Both the position numbers and the translations under genes were made by a program. Shown piece after piece: positions 26,484 to 35,041 of a stretch of 64,000 bases of DNA. The notes under the pieces are model-generated. The model had not been told where the DNA came from. It searched no databases and was given only the letters and a program-made list of their open reading frames with translations. Every line of letters begins with the position of its first letter. Position 1 is the first letter of the stretch. The DNA comes from Dehalococcoidia bacterium (GTDB taxonomy: Bacteria; Chloroflexota; Dehalococcoidia; SpSt-223), in NCBI GenBank assembly GCA_046328265.1, contig JAXLWW010000019.1, positions 3,370-67,369 of the forward strand. Reading direction: 5' to 3'.

Positions 26484-27338
26484 CTAGGTCGTCGGCTCGT
26501 CCGCAACGAAACGCGGACCGCGCTCGCCGGGAACAAGTCGCCCGACGGCGTCACTGTGTTGGAAAATCAGCCGGTGCCCGTCGCGTACTGCTTCTTCGAC
26601 CACCCGCCGTTTTGTCTCGATCGATACCATCGGGAGAATGTCGTAGGCGGCGACCCAGGCCAAGCGCTCCATCTGGACCGGACGCTGTGCAAGATCGGCA
26701 AGAAACAGGGCGGTTTCGCCGCTGTCGTGGATGCGGACGACGGTGTGGTCGGCGGTGTGGCCGGGGGCACGTTCGATCCGAACGCTCGGCGTCACGTCGA
26801 AGTCCCCTGCCACAAAGTCAACAAGCCCCGCATCGGCGAGTGGGCGATAGTTTTCCAGCAGGTAGGTGGCGCGAGTTCGTTCGTTGGGCGAGCAAGCCGC
26901 CTCGTACTCTCCGTGCTGAATGAGATACCGGGCCTTCGGAAACGCCGGGACAAGCACGCCGTCGCGCATCGTGGTATTCCCGCCGCAATGGTCAGCGTGG
27001 AGGTGACTATCGATCACCAGATCGACGTGCTCCGGCCCGAAACCCGCGGCGGCGAGGCTGTCGTTAAGGCCCGGCGCATCTTCGAGGAGCAGGTTCTGGC
27101 GCATGCGGTCGCTGACTTTGTCGCCGTAGCCATTGTCAACGAGGATCGTCAGTCCGTTCGCCTCAATCAGGAGGCAGCGAAGCCCGAACCGAATCCGGTT
27201 CTGGTCGTGGCCGGGTTCGACGTTTTCCCAGAGCGCCTTCGGGACAATGCCGTACGCCACTCCGCCGTCAGTCAGGTACGAGCCGGCCGAAAGGAGATGG
27301 ACCTTGACCTTTCCGACCGCTAGCGCCGGCGGTCTCAT
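26484..27338 (-). CDS. MBL-fold metallo-hydrolase
   Basis: Contains HLHADHCGG (HxHxDH). Trimmed to the ATG at 27338, which overlaps the nitroreductase stop (ATGA). Confidence 0.85.
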   Translation of the reverse strand: MRPPALAVGKVKVHLLSAGSYLTDGGVAYGIVPKALWENVEPGHDQNRIRFGLRCLLIEANGLTILVDNGYGDKVSDRMRQNLLLEDAPGLNDSLAAAGFGPEHVDLVIDSHLHADHCGGNTTMRDGVLVPAFPKARYLIQHGEYEAACSPNERTRATYLLENYRPLADAGLVDFVAGDFDVTPSVRIERAPGHTADHTVVRIHDSGETALFLADLAQRPVQMERLAWVAAYDILPMVSIETKRRVVEEAVRDGHRLIFQHSDAVGRLVPGERGPRFVADEPTT

Positions 27339-28009
27339 CGAAACAGCACCAGACCATCGAGCGCATCGCGTGGCGAATCGGCCGGTGGTCGTGCTGGACG
27401 GCCAACCAAGATGAGCGCGCGCGGCGCCCAGCCGATTGGCAGACCGAGCGAGCCGCGAATGGTGTCTGGGCAAAATGCCGGCGCACAGATCCACCACGAC
27501 CCGAGCCCACGCGCCCGCGCGGCAAGGAGGAGATTCTGAGTGGCGGCGCCCAGGCTATGCTCGGCGGTCAGCCACTCAGCCTCGCGCCGCTGGGGGTCGG
27601 GATAGGCGTCCAGACGGTCACCGGTAAGGCAGACGACGATCGCCACCGGGGCCTCCTCAAGCCGCCGCCGCCTCGTCTGGACCTTGCGTAGGAGGGCCGT
27701 GCTTTCCTCCCGGTGAACGGTAAGGTCGGCAAGCCAACGATCCGCCATCGCCTCGGCCAGCGAACTGCGCGTCGGGCCGGGCCGGACAACGACGAACCGC
27801 CACGGTTGACTGTTGTGTGGGGAGGGCGCCCAGCGCGCCGCATCGAGCAGCGCGAGGACCTCAGTGTCGTCGAGCGGATCGGGAAGGAACGTGCGCACCG
27901 AGCGTCGTTCGCGGATGGTTTGGTCGACGCCGGGAACAAGGAGACGGCTGGGCACGTCGCGCTCCAGGGTAGGTTGATGCATTATCGACCGTTCGTCGCC
28001 GGTCGGCAA
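27335..28009 (-). CDS. Nitroreductase-family protein
   Basis: Contains RRSVRTFLPDPLDDTEVLALLDAARWAPSPHNSQPWRFVVV. An alternative ATG lies at 27982. Confidence 0.8.
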   Translation of the reverse strand: MPTGDERSIMHQPTLERDVPSRLLVPGVDQTIRERRSVRTFLPDPLDDTEVLALLDAARWAPSPHNSQPWRFVVVRPGPTRSSLAEAMADRWLADLTVHREESTALLRKVQTRRRRLEEAPVAIVVCLTGDRLDAYPDPQRREAEWLTAEHSLGAATQNLLLAARARGLGSWWICAPAFCPDTIRGSLGLPIGWAPRALILVGRPARPPADSPRDALDGLVLFR

Positions 28010-28064
28010 GGCATCTAGACCGGTAGACGCAAGCTATGGCACGATCGCCAAACGGAGGAGCACG

Positions 28065-29006
28065 ATGGACTATACCGGCCTGCTCAGCCAAGCCGTCGCA
28101 GTCGTCCGCCGCACCCGTGCGGTTTGGATTTTCGCAATCTTCATCGCGTTGGTCGAACCACCCCTGTCGATGGGCGGCAGTGGCACGCCAGGGGTGAACT
28201 TCAACTTCGACGCCAGACTCCCGGTGGATGAAGCAGCATTGGCGCGGTCGTTTGCTACGGCGCTCGTTCCGTTCCTGTTTATTCTCCTCGTCTACCTCGT
28301 CGCCTCGTTCTTCCTTGCGCCGCTGGCGCGCGGCGGTTTGGTCTGGTCGGCGGCCCGAGGCGCCGACGGCGAGGACCCGCCGATCGGCGAAGGATTCCGC
28401 GCTGCTGGCAGCCGCTATGGGCCTTTGCTGCTGATCCAGCTATTCCAACTCATCGTGCCGATAGTCTTCCTGCTCACGATCGCGGCCGTCGGCATACCGA
28501 TAGCGGCATTCGTGCTGGCGCTGTTCAATGGGGGGCGTGAACCAAACCTGGCTCTGATGGTGTTTGGCATCTTCGCCTTGACGCTCGTCGCCATCGTGAT
28601 CCTGTTCGTCATGATCTTGGTGATTTACGTCGTATCGGCCTTGGTACAGGCGATCGTCACCCTCGCGAGCGTTGATATCGTTCTGGCCGAAAAAGGTGCG
28701 GTGGATGCATTGCGGGTCGCCTGGGGACTGATCAGAAAGCGGTTCCTCGCCATCGCCTTAATCATCTTCGCGCTCGCGGTCGCAAGCGGCGTAATCAGCA
28801 CTCTTGCGGCGATACCGATGGCGGCTCTGTTGATATTACCGCTCGCGCTCTCGTCCGGCGGTATCCCTCCGTTTGGGCTGATCTTCGCCGCGGTGCTGAT
28901 CCTGATCCCGTTGATGGCGCTCATTCAAACGCCGGTGCAGGCGTTGCGCTACACCTATTTCACCATGCTCTATCAGGACTGGACGGAGACCGAGGTCGAC
29001 GCCTAA
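28065..29006 (+). CDS. Hypothetical polytopic membrane protein
   Basis: 313 aa with about 6-7 long hydrophobic helices. I recognise no motif. Confidence 0.6.
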   Translation: MDYTGLLSQAVAVVRRTRAVWIFAIFIALVEPPLSMGGSGTPGVNFNFDARLPVDEAALARSFATALVPFLFILLVYLVASFFLAPLARGGLVWSAARGADGEDPPIGEGFRAAGSRYGPLLLIQLFQLIVPIVFLLTIAAVGIPIAAFVLALFNGGREPNLALMVFGIFALTLVAIVILFVMILVIYVVSALVQAIVTLASVDIVLAEKGAVDALRVAWGLIRKRFLAIALIIFALAVASGVISTLAAIPMAALLILPLALSSGGIPPFGLIFAAVLILIPLMALIQTPVQALRYTYFTMLYQDWTETEVDA

Positions 29007-29593
29007 CCCGCCGGGGTCACGTCGCGATAATAGGCATGATGCTGGTCGACTAACCAGGGATCAAAAACCAGCCGGGAAGTGGCGGCCTGGGCGCGGACGT
29101 CGCTAGGGAGATAGCGCTCGATGCCTTCTTCGCTCTCGTAATAGTAGAGACTGGCGTAGCGCCTGGGAGATCCATCCTGCCAATATCGCCGTGCGCCAGT
29201 TGCGCCGGGCGCACGGCTGAGCACGTCGGCATGCTCGCTGTACCAAGCTTCGAAGCGCTCGATGAGCGGGTCGAGAACCGTGATCGTAACGAGTTGCATC
29301 GGCATCCCCGAGCCGAGCAGTTCAAGGCCGAATGGATTGACTTGATTGCGAAAGGGATAGCTTTCCACCTTTCGCACCGGTAGCCGGTCGGCCGGAAGGT
29401 CAAAAGCGCCGAGCGGTCGGTCGACGTCACCGCAGTAGACCCACTCGGTTGGCTCGAAAAAGCCACGGGTTGGCTGATACAGCCGGGCTCCGATCACCCG
29501 CTGAAGCGCGGGCTGGCTTTGCAGGCGGACCCAGACCGCGTCGGCGGTCGTCCCCTGCGGAACCCCAAGACGCACGATCACCAACTCGGTCAT
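29003..29593 (-). CDS. Hypothetical protein
   Basis: 196-aa ORF with coding-like composition. It overlaps the convergent neighbour by 4 nt. Confidence 0.5.
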   Translation of the reverse strand: MTELVIVRLGVPQGTTADAVWVRLQSQPALQRVIGARLYQPTRGFFEPTEWVYCGDVDRPLGAFDLPADRLPVRKVESYPFRNQVNPFGLELLGSGMPMQLVTITVLDPLIERFEAWYSEHADVLSRAPGATGARRYWQDGSPRRYASLYYYESEEGIERYLPSDVRAQAATSRLVFDPWLVDQHHAYYRDVTPAG

Positions 29594-29635
29594 TGCTCAA
29601 CGCTCCACGACAAAGTGGACCTCATCGTAACCGAG

Positions 29636-29998
29636 CTAGGCGGGGATCAACTCCAGGATCTGGTTCCGTGCGTCGACGTGAACGACTTGAGGACGGACGT
29701 CGCGCACGTTCGCTTCCGGGACGAGGCTATAAGCGATGATAATCACCCGGTCGCCTACGTTGACGAGGCGAGCGGCCGCGCCGTTGATTTGGACCTCGCC
29801 AGAGCCGGCGGGCGCGGGGATCGTGTAGGTTTCGAGCCGTGCGCCGTTGTCGACGTCGACGACATGAACCAACTCATACGGCGCGATGTCGGCCGCCTCA
29901 AGTAGCCGCTCGTCTATGGTGATACTGCCCATGTAGTCGACGTCGGCTTTGGTGACGGTTGCCCGGTGGATCTTCCCCCGGAACATCTGTCGGAACAC
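29636..29998 (-). CDS. panD: Aspartate 1-decarboxylase
   Basis: Contains GKIHRATVTKADVDYMGSITIDERLL (the Gly-Ser self-cleavage site)...INGAAARL. The start was set to the GTG at 29998 (VFRQMFRGKIHR), 5 nt after GGAGGA. The track ORF extends to 30142 without support. Confidence 0.9.
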   Translation of the reverse strand: MFRQMFRGKIHRATVTKADVDYMGSITIDERLLEAADIAPYELVHVVDVDNGARLETYTIPAPAGSGEVQINGAAARLVNVGDRVIIIAYSLVPEANVRDVRPQVVHVDARNQILELIPA

Positions 29999-30500
29999 GC
30001 TGATCCTCCACGCCGCCAGAAGGCCGAGACAGATCGCGCGTTCATTTCGCAGCCTTCCAGCCAGACGGTCTGGAGGCGGGCGGAGTGTTGCTATGCCCGA
30101 TCGATCTCGGTCGCACCTGCGATCCAAGTCGTATACAATCATATCATAACCATCACACCACGGCGCGCAGCAATCCCCCGGTCAATCCTCGCCACCCGGG
30201 CGACCTCATCCGTCGTGCTCCGGCGGCTTGCTCCGGGCCACCGATCCCCGTGCTGTCACCAGAAGTCCTTGGGTGGCCCCCCACACGGAGTTCGTCGATT
30301 CCCGGTGTTGTTGTGCCCACACGGCAGAGGATCGGAGAAGACACCTCACTCGAGCCGCCATAGTCCCCTTCGACCCTGGTCGGCAGAAATTCACCCCGGG
30401 TAATCATTGCGACGTTCTCCATCCAGAAGCTGCATCTAATTCGGTATTTTTCGTGACTTATCCGCTAGAGCGTGCGCAGCCGGCTTTCTAGCATGCATTC

Positions 30501-30518
30501 GTCCACGGTCTCGTGGAC
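30501..30518. other. Perfect 7-bp stem / 4-nt loop hairpin (GTCCACG-gtct-CGTGGAC) in the panD-mutS2 spacer
   Basis: Read directly from the sequence. There is no U-tract on either side. Confidence 0.5.
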
Positions 30519-30541
30519 GCAATGCCGGTTGGGGGTGTGGT

Positions 30542-30688
30542 GTGCGCCTAGCCTGGTTCGAAGTCGGCATCGCGTCGTTTGCCGTTGCCTGTGCCGGTCT
30601 GATCGGCTACGCGCTCCAGCGCGAAGACCCAACCGCCTGGGGCGCCGTTGCGCTCGCGCTGCTCGCCGGACGGATCGCCCTCCGCTAA
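30542..30688 (+). CDS. Possible 48-aa two-helix membrane peptide
   Basis: Hand translation from the GTG at 30542 gives VRLAWFEVGIASFAVACAGLIGYALQREDPTAWGAVALALLAGRIALR*. About 38 of 48 codons end in G or C. A G-run (GGGGG) lies 6 nt upstream. It is too short for the ORF track. Confidence 0.4.
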   Translation: MRLAWFEVGIASFAVACAGLIGYALQREDPTAWGAVALALLAGRIALR

Positions 30689-30720
30689 GCCCAGTGCTCG
30701 TTCACGGTACAATCTCCGAT

Positions 30721-33099
30721 GTGAACGATCGCGTCGTCCGCTTACTCGAATTCGACAAGATTCGCCAACGGCTCGCCGGCCATACCGCCTTCTCGGTCAG
30801 CCACCGGTTGGCGCTCGACCTTATCCCGACGACGACGTTGGCGGCGGCTGAGCGGGCCCAGCAGGCAGCCGAGGATGCCCGTGCGCTGCTTCGCCTGAAG
30901 CCCAACTTCTCGATTGGTGGCGCTCGTGACGTTCGTTCGCCGGTGCGCCAGGCCGCGCTTGGCGGGCTGATCGATCCGCTCCTGTTCCTCGACATCGCGG
31001 CCACACTCGAATCAGCGCGGCGGACCCGCGACGTGATCGTCCGGCTGGGCGATCAACTGCCGGTGCTGGCCGAGATCGCGTCGGATCTGGTCGATTGCTC
31101 TGCCATCGAGGAGGAGATTGCTCGGTGCATCGGCCGCCGTGGCGAGGTGCTCGACAGCGCAAGCGCACCATTGGCGCGTATCCGTGGTGAACTGCGATCC
31201 GCTCATGACCAACTTCGCAGCCGACTGGACCATTATCTGGTCTCGCCGGTTGGCAAGTTGGTCGTGCAAGAGCCGATCGTCACCGTGCGCGAGGGGCGTT
31301 ACGTCATTCCGGTCAAGTCCGATTTCAAGGGTCAGGTGCGCGGCATCGTCCATGACGTGTCGGCGAGTGGCGCGACCGTGTTTCTCGAACCGTTGGAGAT
31401 CGTCGATCTGAACAATCGGTGGCGGGAACTCCAGCTTGAGGAGGAGCGTGAGGTCGAACGAATCCTACGCCGACTTTCGGCGGACGTCGGCGACGATGCG
31501 ACGTCGATCGTGGCCGACGTCGAGGTGTTGGCGGCGGTCGATCTCGAAATTGCAAAGGCACGCTTTGCCGATACGCTTCAGGCCACCCGGCCGGTGCTGA
31601 TGGCGCCACGAGGTGCGTGGCGGCTGGATCTCAAGTCGGCACGCCATCCGTTGCTGGGCGATCGGGTCGTGCCGGTTTCCGTCCAGTTGGGCGGAGCCTA
31701 TTTCGTCCTCGTGATCACCGGACCGAACACCGGCGGAAAGACGGTCGCGCTCAAGACCGTCGGCCTGTTGACCCTGATGGCGCTCGCCGGGCTCCCAATC
31801 CCGGCTGGCGCCGGATCGAGCGTGCCCGTCTTCACCAACGTTCATGCCGATATCGGCGACGAGCAGAGCATCGAGCAGTCGCTCTCCACCTTCAGTTCGC
31901 ATATCGGCGCGATCATCAGCATCCTGCGCGATGCCACACCCGAGACGCTGATCTTGCTCGACGAACTTGGCGCTGGCACGGACCCGGTCGAAGGGTCGGC
32001 GTTGGCACGTTCGCTGCTCAGTCATGTCGTCCGTCGGCGGATCCCGGCAATCGCGACGACCCATTACAGCGAAGTGAAGGTCTTTGCCCACACGACGCCG
32101 GGCGTCCAGAACGCCTCGGTTGAATTCGACCCGGTCAGCCTCGCCCCGACCTATCGGCTTGCCATCGGTGCACCCGGCGCGAGCAACGCGCTGGCAATCG
32201 CAAGACGGCTCGGGCTTGACCGCAGCATCGTCGACGAAGCACGTTCGCTCCTTTCGCCGACCGACGTCGAGATCGAGCGTCTGCTGGACGACTTGCAGCG
32301 CGAACGCGATGCGCTTGCTTCTGAGCGGGCACGGCTAGCGGCCGCCGGCCAGGCTGCCGAGAGCGAGCGGTCTCGGCTGGCCGAGGCCCTTTCCACCGTC
32401 GAGCGCGACCGGGCGCGGCTGGTGGAGGAGGTGCGCGCCGACACTCTGCGCGAGGCCGACGAGTTGCTACGGGTCCTTCAGCGTGCGGCCGCGGTTGCGA
32501 ACACCGCGCCCACCAGTGGCTCGGGGGCCGCTGCCGCGAACGCCGCTGCCGAGGTTGCCGCCGCCCGCCAAGACTATGCCCGGCAGGCGCGACGCCCCGT
32601 CCATCCCCGTCGCACTCCGTTGCGTCCTCGTCCACTTCGAATTGGCGATCCGGTTCGCCTCCATCGGCTTGGCCAGGTTGGTGAATTGCTCGCGCTCTAT
32701 CCCGAACGCGAAGAGGCCGAGGTGCAACTGGGTGCGATGAAGACCCGAGTCCGGACCGCCGACCTCGAATCGGTCTCCGCTCAGGAGGCGTCGCGAGAGC
32801 ACCGGAGGGCCCATTTGGAGAGCCGGCCAAGCCTCCCACCGATGCCACTCTCGCCGGGGCTACAACTCGATCTCCGTGGTCGTCGCGTGGACGAGGTCTT
32901 CCCCGAGCTTGATCGCTATCTCAATGATGCCTACCTCACCGGATTGTCCCAAGTACGCGTCGTCCATGGCAAGGGAACCGGCGCGCTGCGTCAAGTGGTC
33001 CGGGCCCACCTGGCTGCTCATCCATTGGTGCGCGAATGGGGTCCCGCGGCCCCACACGAAGGTGGCGAAGGGGCGACGGTCGCAGCCCTTACCGTCTAG
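30721..33099 (+). CDS. mutS2: Endonuclease MutS2
   Basis: From the GTG at 30721, VNDRVVRLLEFDKIRQRLAGHT aligns with typical MutS2 N-termini. Walker A is GPNTGGKT, and a C-terminal Smr domain is present (LDLRGRRVDEV...VRVVHGKGTGALR). The upstream 83 codons of the track ORF were rejected. Confidence 0.9.
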   Translation: MNDRVVRLLEFDKIRQRLAGHTAFSVSHRLALDLIPTTTLAAAERAQQAAEDARALLRLKPNFSIGGARDVRSPVRQAALGGLIDPLLFLDIAATLESARRTRDVIVRLGDQLPVLAEIASDLVDCSAIEEEIARCIGRRGEVLDSASAPLARIRGELRSAHDQLRSRLDHYLVSPVGKLVVQEPIVTVREGRYVIPVKSDFKGQVRGIVHDVSASGATVFLEPLEIVDLNNRWRELQLEEEREVERILRRLSADVGDDATSIVADVEVLAAVDLEIAKARFADTLQATRPVLMAPRGAWRLDLKSARHPLLGDRVVPVSVQLGGAYFVLVITGPNTGGKTVALKTVGLLTLMALAGLPIPAGAGSSVPVFTNVHADIGDEQSIEQSLSTFSSHIGAIISILRDATPETLILLDELGAGTDPVEGSALARSLLSHVVRRRIPAIATTHYSEVKVFAHTTPGVQNASVEFDPVSLAPTYRLAIGAPGASNALAIARRLGLDRSIVDEARSLLSPTDVEIERLLDDLQRERDALASERARLAAAGQAAESERSRLAEALSTVERDRARLVEEVRADTLREADELLRVLQRAAAVANTAPTSGSGAAAANAAAEVAAARQDYARQARRPVHPRRTPLRPRPLRIGDPVRLHRLGQVGELLALYPEREEAEVQLGAMKTRVRTADLESVSAQEASREHRRAHLESRPSLPPMPLSPGLQLDLRGRRVDEVFPELDRYLNDAYLTGLSQVRVVHGKGTGALRQVVRAHLAAHPLVREWGPAAPHEGGEGATVAALTV

Positions 33100-33524
33100 A
33101 CGAGAAGGCGGTCTGGAAATCAGTTCAGCCGGATCGGCGGGCAGGCGAACCGGTGCTGCGGACGCCCAGCCGGCCTGGTCGGCGATGCGAGACGGCGTGC
33201 CCCTCATGGATGATAGATATCGGTGACCAGCCGAAGCGGCGAGGACTTGGCCATGCCGGGCCGCTGACGCAAGGATGCTTCGGTCGGGGATCCGAGCGTT
33301 TCTGCGGCGCCCGGAAAACTCCGCTCGATCCTGCCAGATCCAGTATCACTTGAACGTCGAGATGTCCCTCGCCGGTTCTGATCCGACCGCAATCCCCGGT
33401 GCGATTCGGTCTGGTGGCCCTCGGTACTTGGGCCAAACCCGGCCGATGGGCTTTCGGTAACGGCTGGTTGTCTGCTAGCCTTCTCGCCGGTCTCACCACG
33501 GCGGACAAAGGGACGACACAGACG

Positions 33525-34208
33525 ATGGACCGACGCCGGCTGCTAATAGTAGCGGCACTGGCGATCCCACTCGGATTCGCCTGGTGGAGCGCGCTCGTCC
33601 CGGTGGCGGCCCAGGCGGCGCGCTGCGCCGGTCTTGCGGTCCCCTGGGAGCAACTCAGCAGCGAAAGTGTCCCCTGTGACGATCTGTTTGGCGACGGACC
33701 AATGCGCGTTCCAATGCAGGCGACGAATACGCCTACGATAACGCCAACGTCGAATGCGTCGCCGACCGTCTATGTTTCTCCGACACGCCCACCCGGGCAG
33801 ACGTTTACGCCGACGGCGACCGGCCAAGCCGGCGCAACCACCACCCAGACCGCAACCCCAACCCGCACCTCCATCCACCACCTCCGTCCCGCGAGCGTCC
33901 GCAATACCGCCACCCGAACAGCGCAACCCGGCACGCCCACCGTCACCACCACCCGGACGGCAACTGCTTCGGTTGCCTCTGGCTCCGCGACCGCCACGCG
34001 CGCCGCCTTTACGCCCTCACCCACCGTCCCGCCAACTCGGCCGGCCAACACCGGCAGCCCTACTGCCACCGTCGGTCTTCCAAAGACCGGCGACGGCTCA
34101 TTCCGAGGGGAGAACGGGGGGCCGAGCGCGGGTTTCCTCGCGCTTGGTATCGGCGTAGCCGCCTTTAGCGTCGCGTTGCTGCGCCGCTTCAGACGCGGCG
34201 CAGGGTAG
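33525..34208 (+). CDS. LPXTG-anchored, Thr/Pro-rich surface protein
   Basis: Trimmed to the ATG at 33525 (MDRRRLLIVAALAIPLGFAWW signal). The C-terminus has LPKTGDGS, a hydrophobic helix and RRFRRG. Confidence 0.75.
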   Translation: MDRRRLLIVAALAIPLGFAWWSALVPVAAQAARCAGLAVPWEQLSSESVPCDDLFGDGPMRVPMQATNTPTITPTSNASPTVYVSPTRPPGQTFTPTATGQAGATTTQTATPTRTSIHHLRPASVRNTATRTAQPGTPTVTTTRTATASVASGSATATRAAFTPSPTVPPTRPANTGSPTATVGLPKTGDGSFRGENGGPSAGFLALGIGVAAFSVALLRRFRRGAG

Positions 34209-34255
34209 GCCGAGCGCCTATACTGGCGGACCAGCACGGCACAGACGAGGGCGCG

Positions 34256-35041
34256 ATGCGCGGGAATCGGTTTGTCCACTATCTGGACACCACCACGGCC
34301 GACTGGACGGATTCACCGACGGGCAGCGGCGTTCGTCGACTGCGCTTGAGCTACGACCCCGAGAGCGGGGCATTCTCACAACTTCTCTCCACTCCGGCCG
34401 GTTTCGCGGTCCCAGAAAAGCCACACTTTGCCGACAGCGATCACGAAGTCTTCCTCGTTGCTGGCGAGTTCGCCTTTGACCTGGTTCATCCCCTTCAGGA
34501 AGGCGACTACCTCTACCGACCCGTCGGCGCCGTCTACGGCGATGGCGAACATTCTGAAACCGGCGGCATCCAGTTGATATCGTTCGGCCGTGAGGCGGTC
34601 AAGGTCCATCTCGAGGACCCGCCCACACCGTGGCCGGGCGAATACCTGATCGATCAAACCTGGACGACCCGCAAGACCCGGCCCTGCTTCGTCAGGTCCA
34701 CGGACCTACCCTGGCGGCCTTCATCGCTCGGCTACGGTATCGAAGAGAAGCGCCTGCGTGGTGTACCGGGCGAGCCTTCGGTGACGGATGGACCCAGCAA
34801 TCATTCACCCTGGGCGGCCGATGCTGCCTTTCTCCTTCGAATTCCTGCGGGCTATCGTGGACCCTTTCCTCTGTGGTCGGGGTTTCTGATTGAACTGTTT
34901 GTCCTCTCTGGCGAGGCGACTATCGACGAGGAGCGCTGGCAACGTGGTGGCTACACCTTTGGCCGGCCAATCGGAGAGTCCACGGTAACCCAGGATCTCG
35001 TCTGCTATGGCCGGACCTTCGAAGAATTGGCGACTCAGTAG
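34256..35041 (+). CDS. Hypothetical protein, possibly cupin-fold
   Basis: 261-aa ORF. The segment HFADSDHEVFLVAGEFAFD...GDYLYRPVGAVYG suggests a cupin-like beta-barrel. The assignment is weak. Confidence 0.5.
   Translation: MRGNRFVHYLDTTTADWTDSPTGSGVRRLRLSYDPESGAFSQLLSTPAGFAVPEKPHFADSDHEVFLVAGEFAFDLVHPLQEGDYLYRPVGAVYGDGEHSETGGIQLISFGREAVKVHLEDPPTPWPGEYLIDQTWTTRKTRPCFVRSTDLPWRPSSLGYGIEEKRLRGVPGEPSVTDGPSNHSPWAADAAFLLRIPAGYRGPFPLWSGFLIELFVLSGEATIDEERWQRGGYTFGRPIGESTVTQDLVCYGRTFEELATQ

Noticed and set aside
26394-27323. 309-aa plus-strand ORF
   Set aside because: It is antisense to the MBL-fold hydrolase gene, which carries an HxHxDH motif. It has no motifs of its own.
29999-30142. Upstream extension of panD in the track ORF
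   Set aside because: The PanD N-terminus aligns from VFRQMFRGKIHRATVT (GTG at 29998, preceded by GGAGGA). The extension is Arg-rich and not PanD-like.
30153-30422. 89-aa minus-strand ORF (MENVAMITRGEFLPTRVEGDYGG...) inside the panD-mutS2 spacer
   Set aside because: The Shine-Dalgarno sequence is weak or absent. The Gly/Arg-rich C-terminal half is not protein-like, and third-position bias is no better than background. I cannot fully exclude it, so the region is reported as a finding rather than as a CDS.
30150-30642. Short matches to known RNA families: AGAAGUCC and CCCGGAGCAAGCC (RNase P-like), GGGGUGAAU (ydaO/c-di-AMP- or cobalamin-like), CCGCCUGGGG (ZTP-like)
   Set aside because: Each is an isolated motif of 8-13 nt. 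None has the partner elements its family requires, such as GAAAGUCCGGGC with CCGGCUU P4 pairing, the ACGGGGGACCCA / CAGCUAACCUCG blocks, a B12 box, or the ZTP 5' subdomain. No tmRNA-like T-arm/CCA end is present either. I treat these as chance matches until a covariance-model scan says otherwise.
30472-30720. 83-codon N-terminal extension of mutS2 in the track ORF
   Set aside because: The extension is Arg/Cys/Ser-rich and unlike MutS2. Homology to MutS2 N-termini begins at the GTG at 30721. A different frame in this stretch holds a better small membrane ORF.
33125-33508. 127-aa minus-strand ORF in the mutS2-LPXTG spacer
   Set aside because: The sequence is Arg/Pro/Gly-rich and not protein-like. 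There is no ribosome-binding site.
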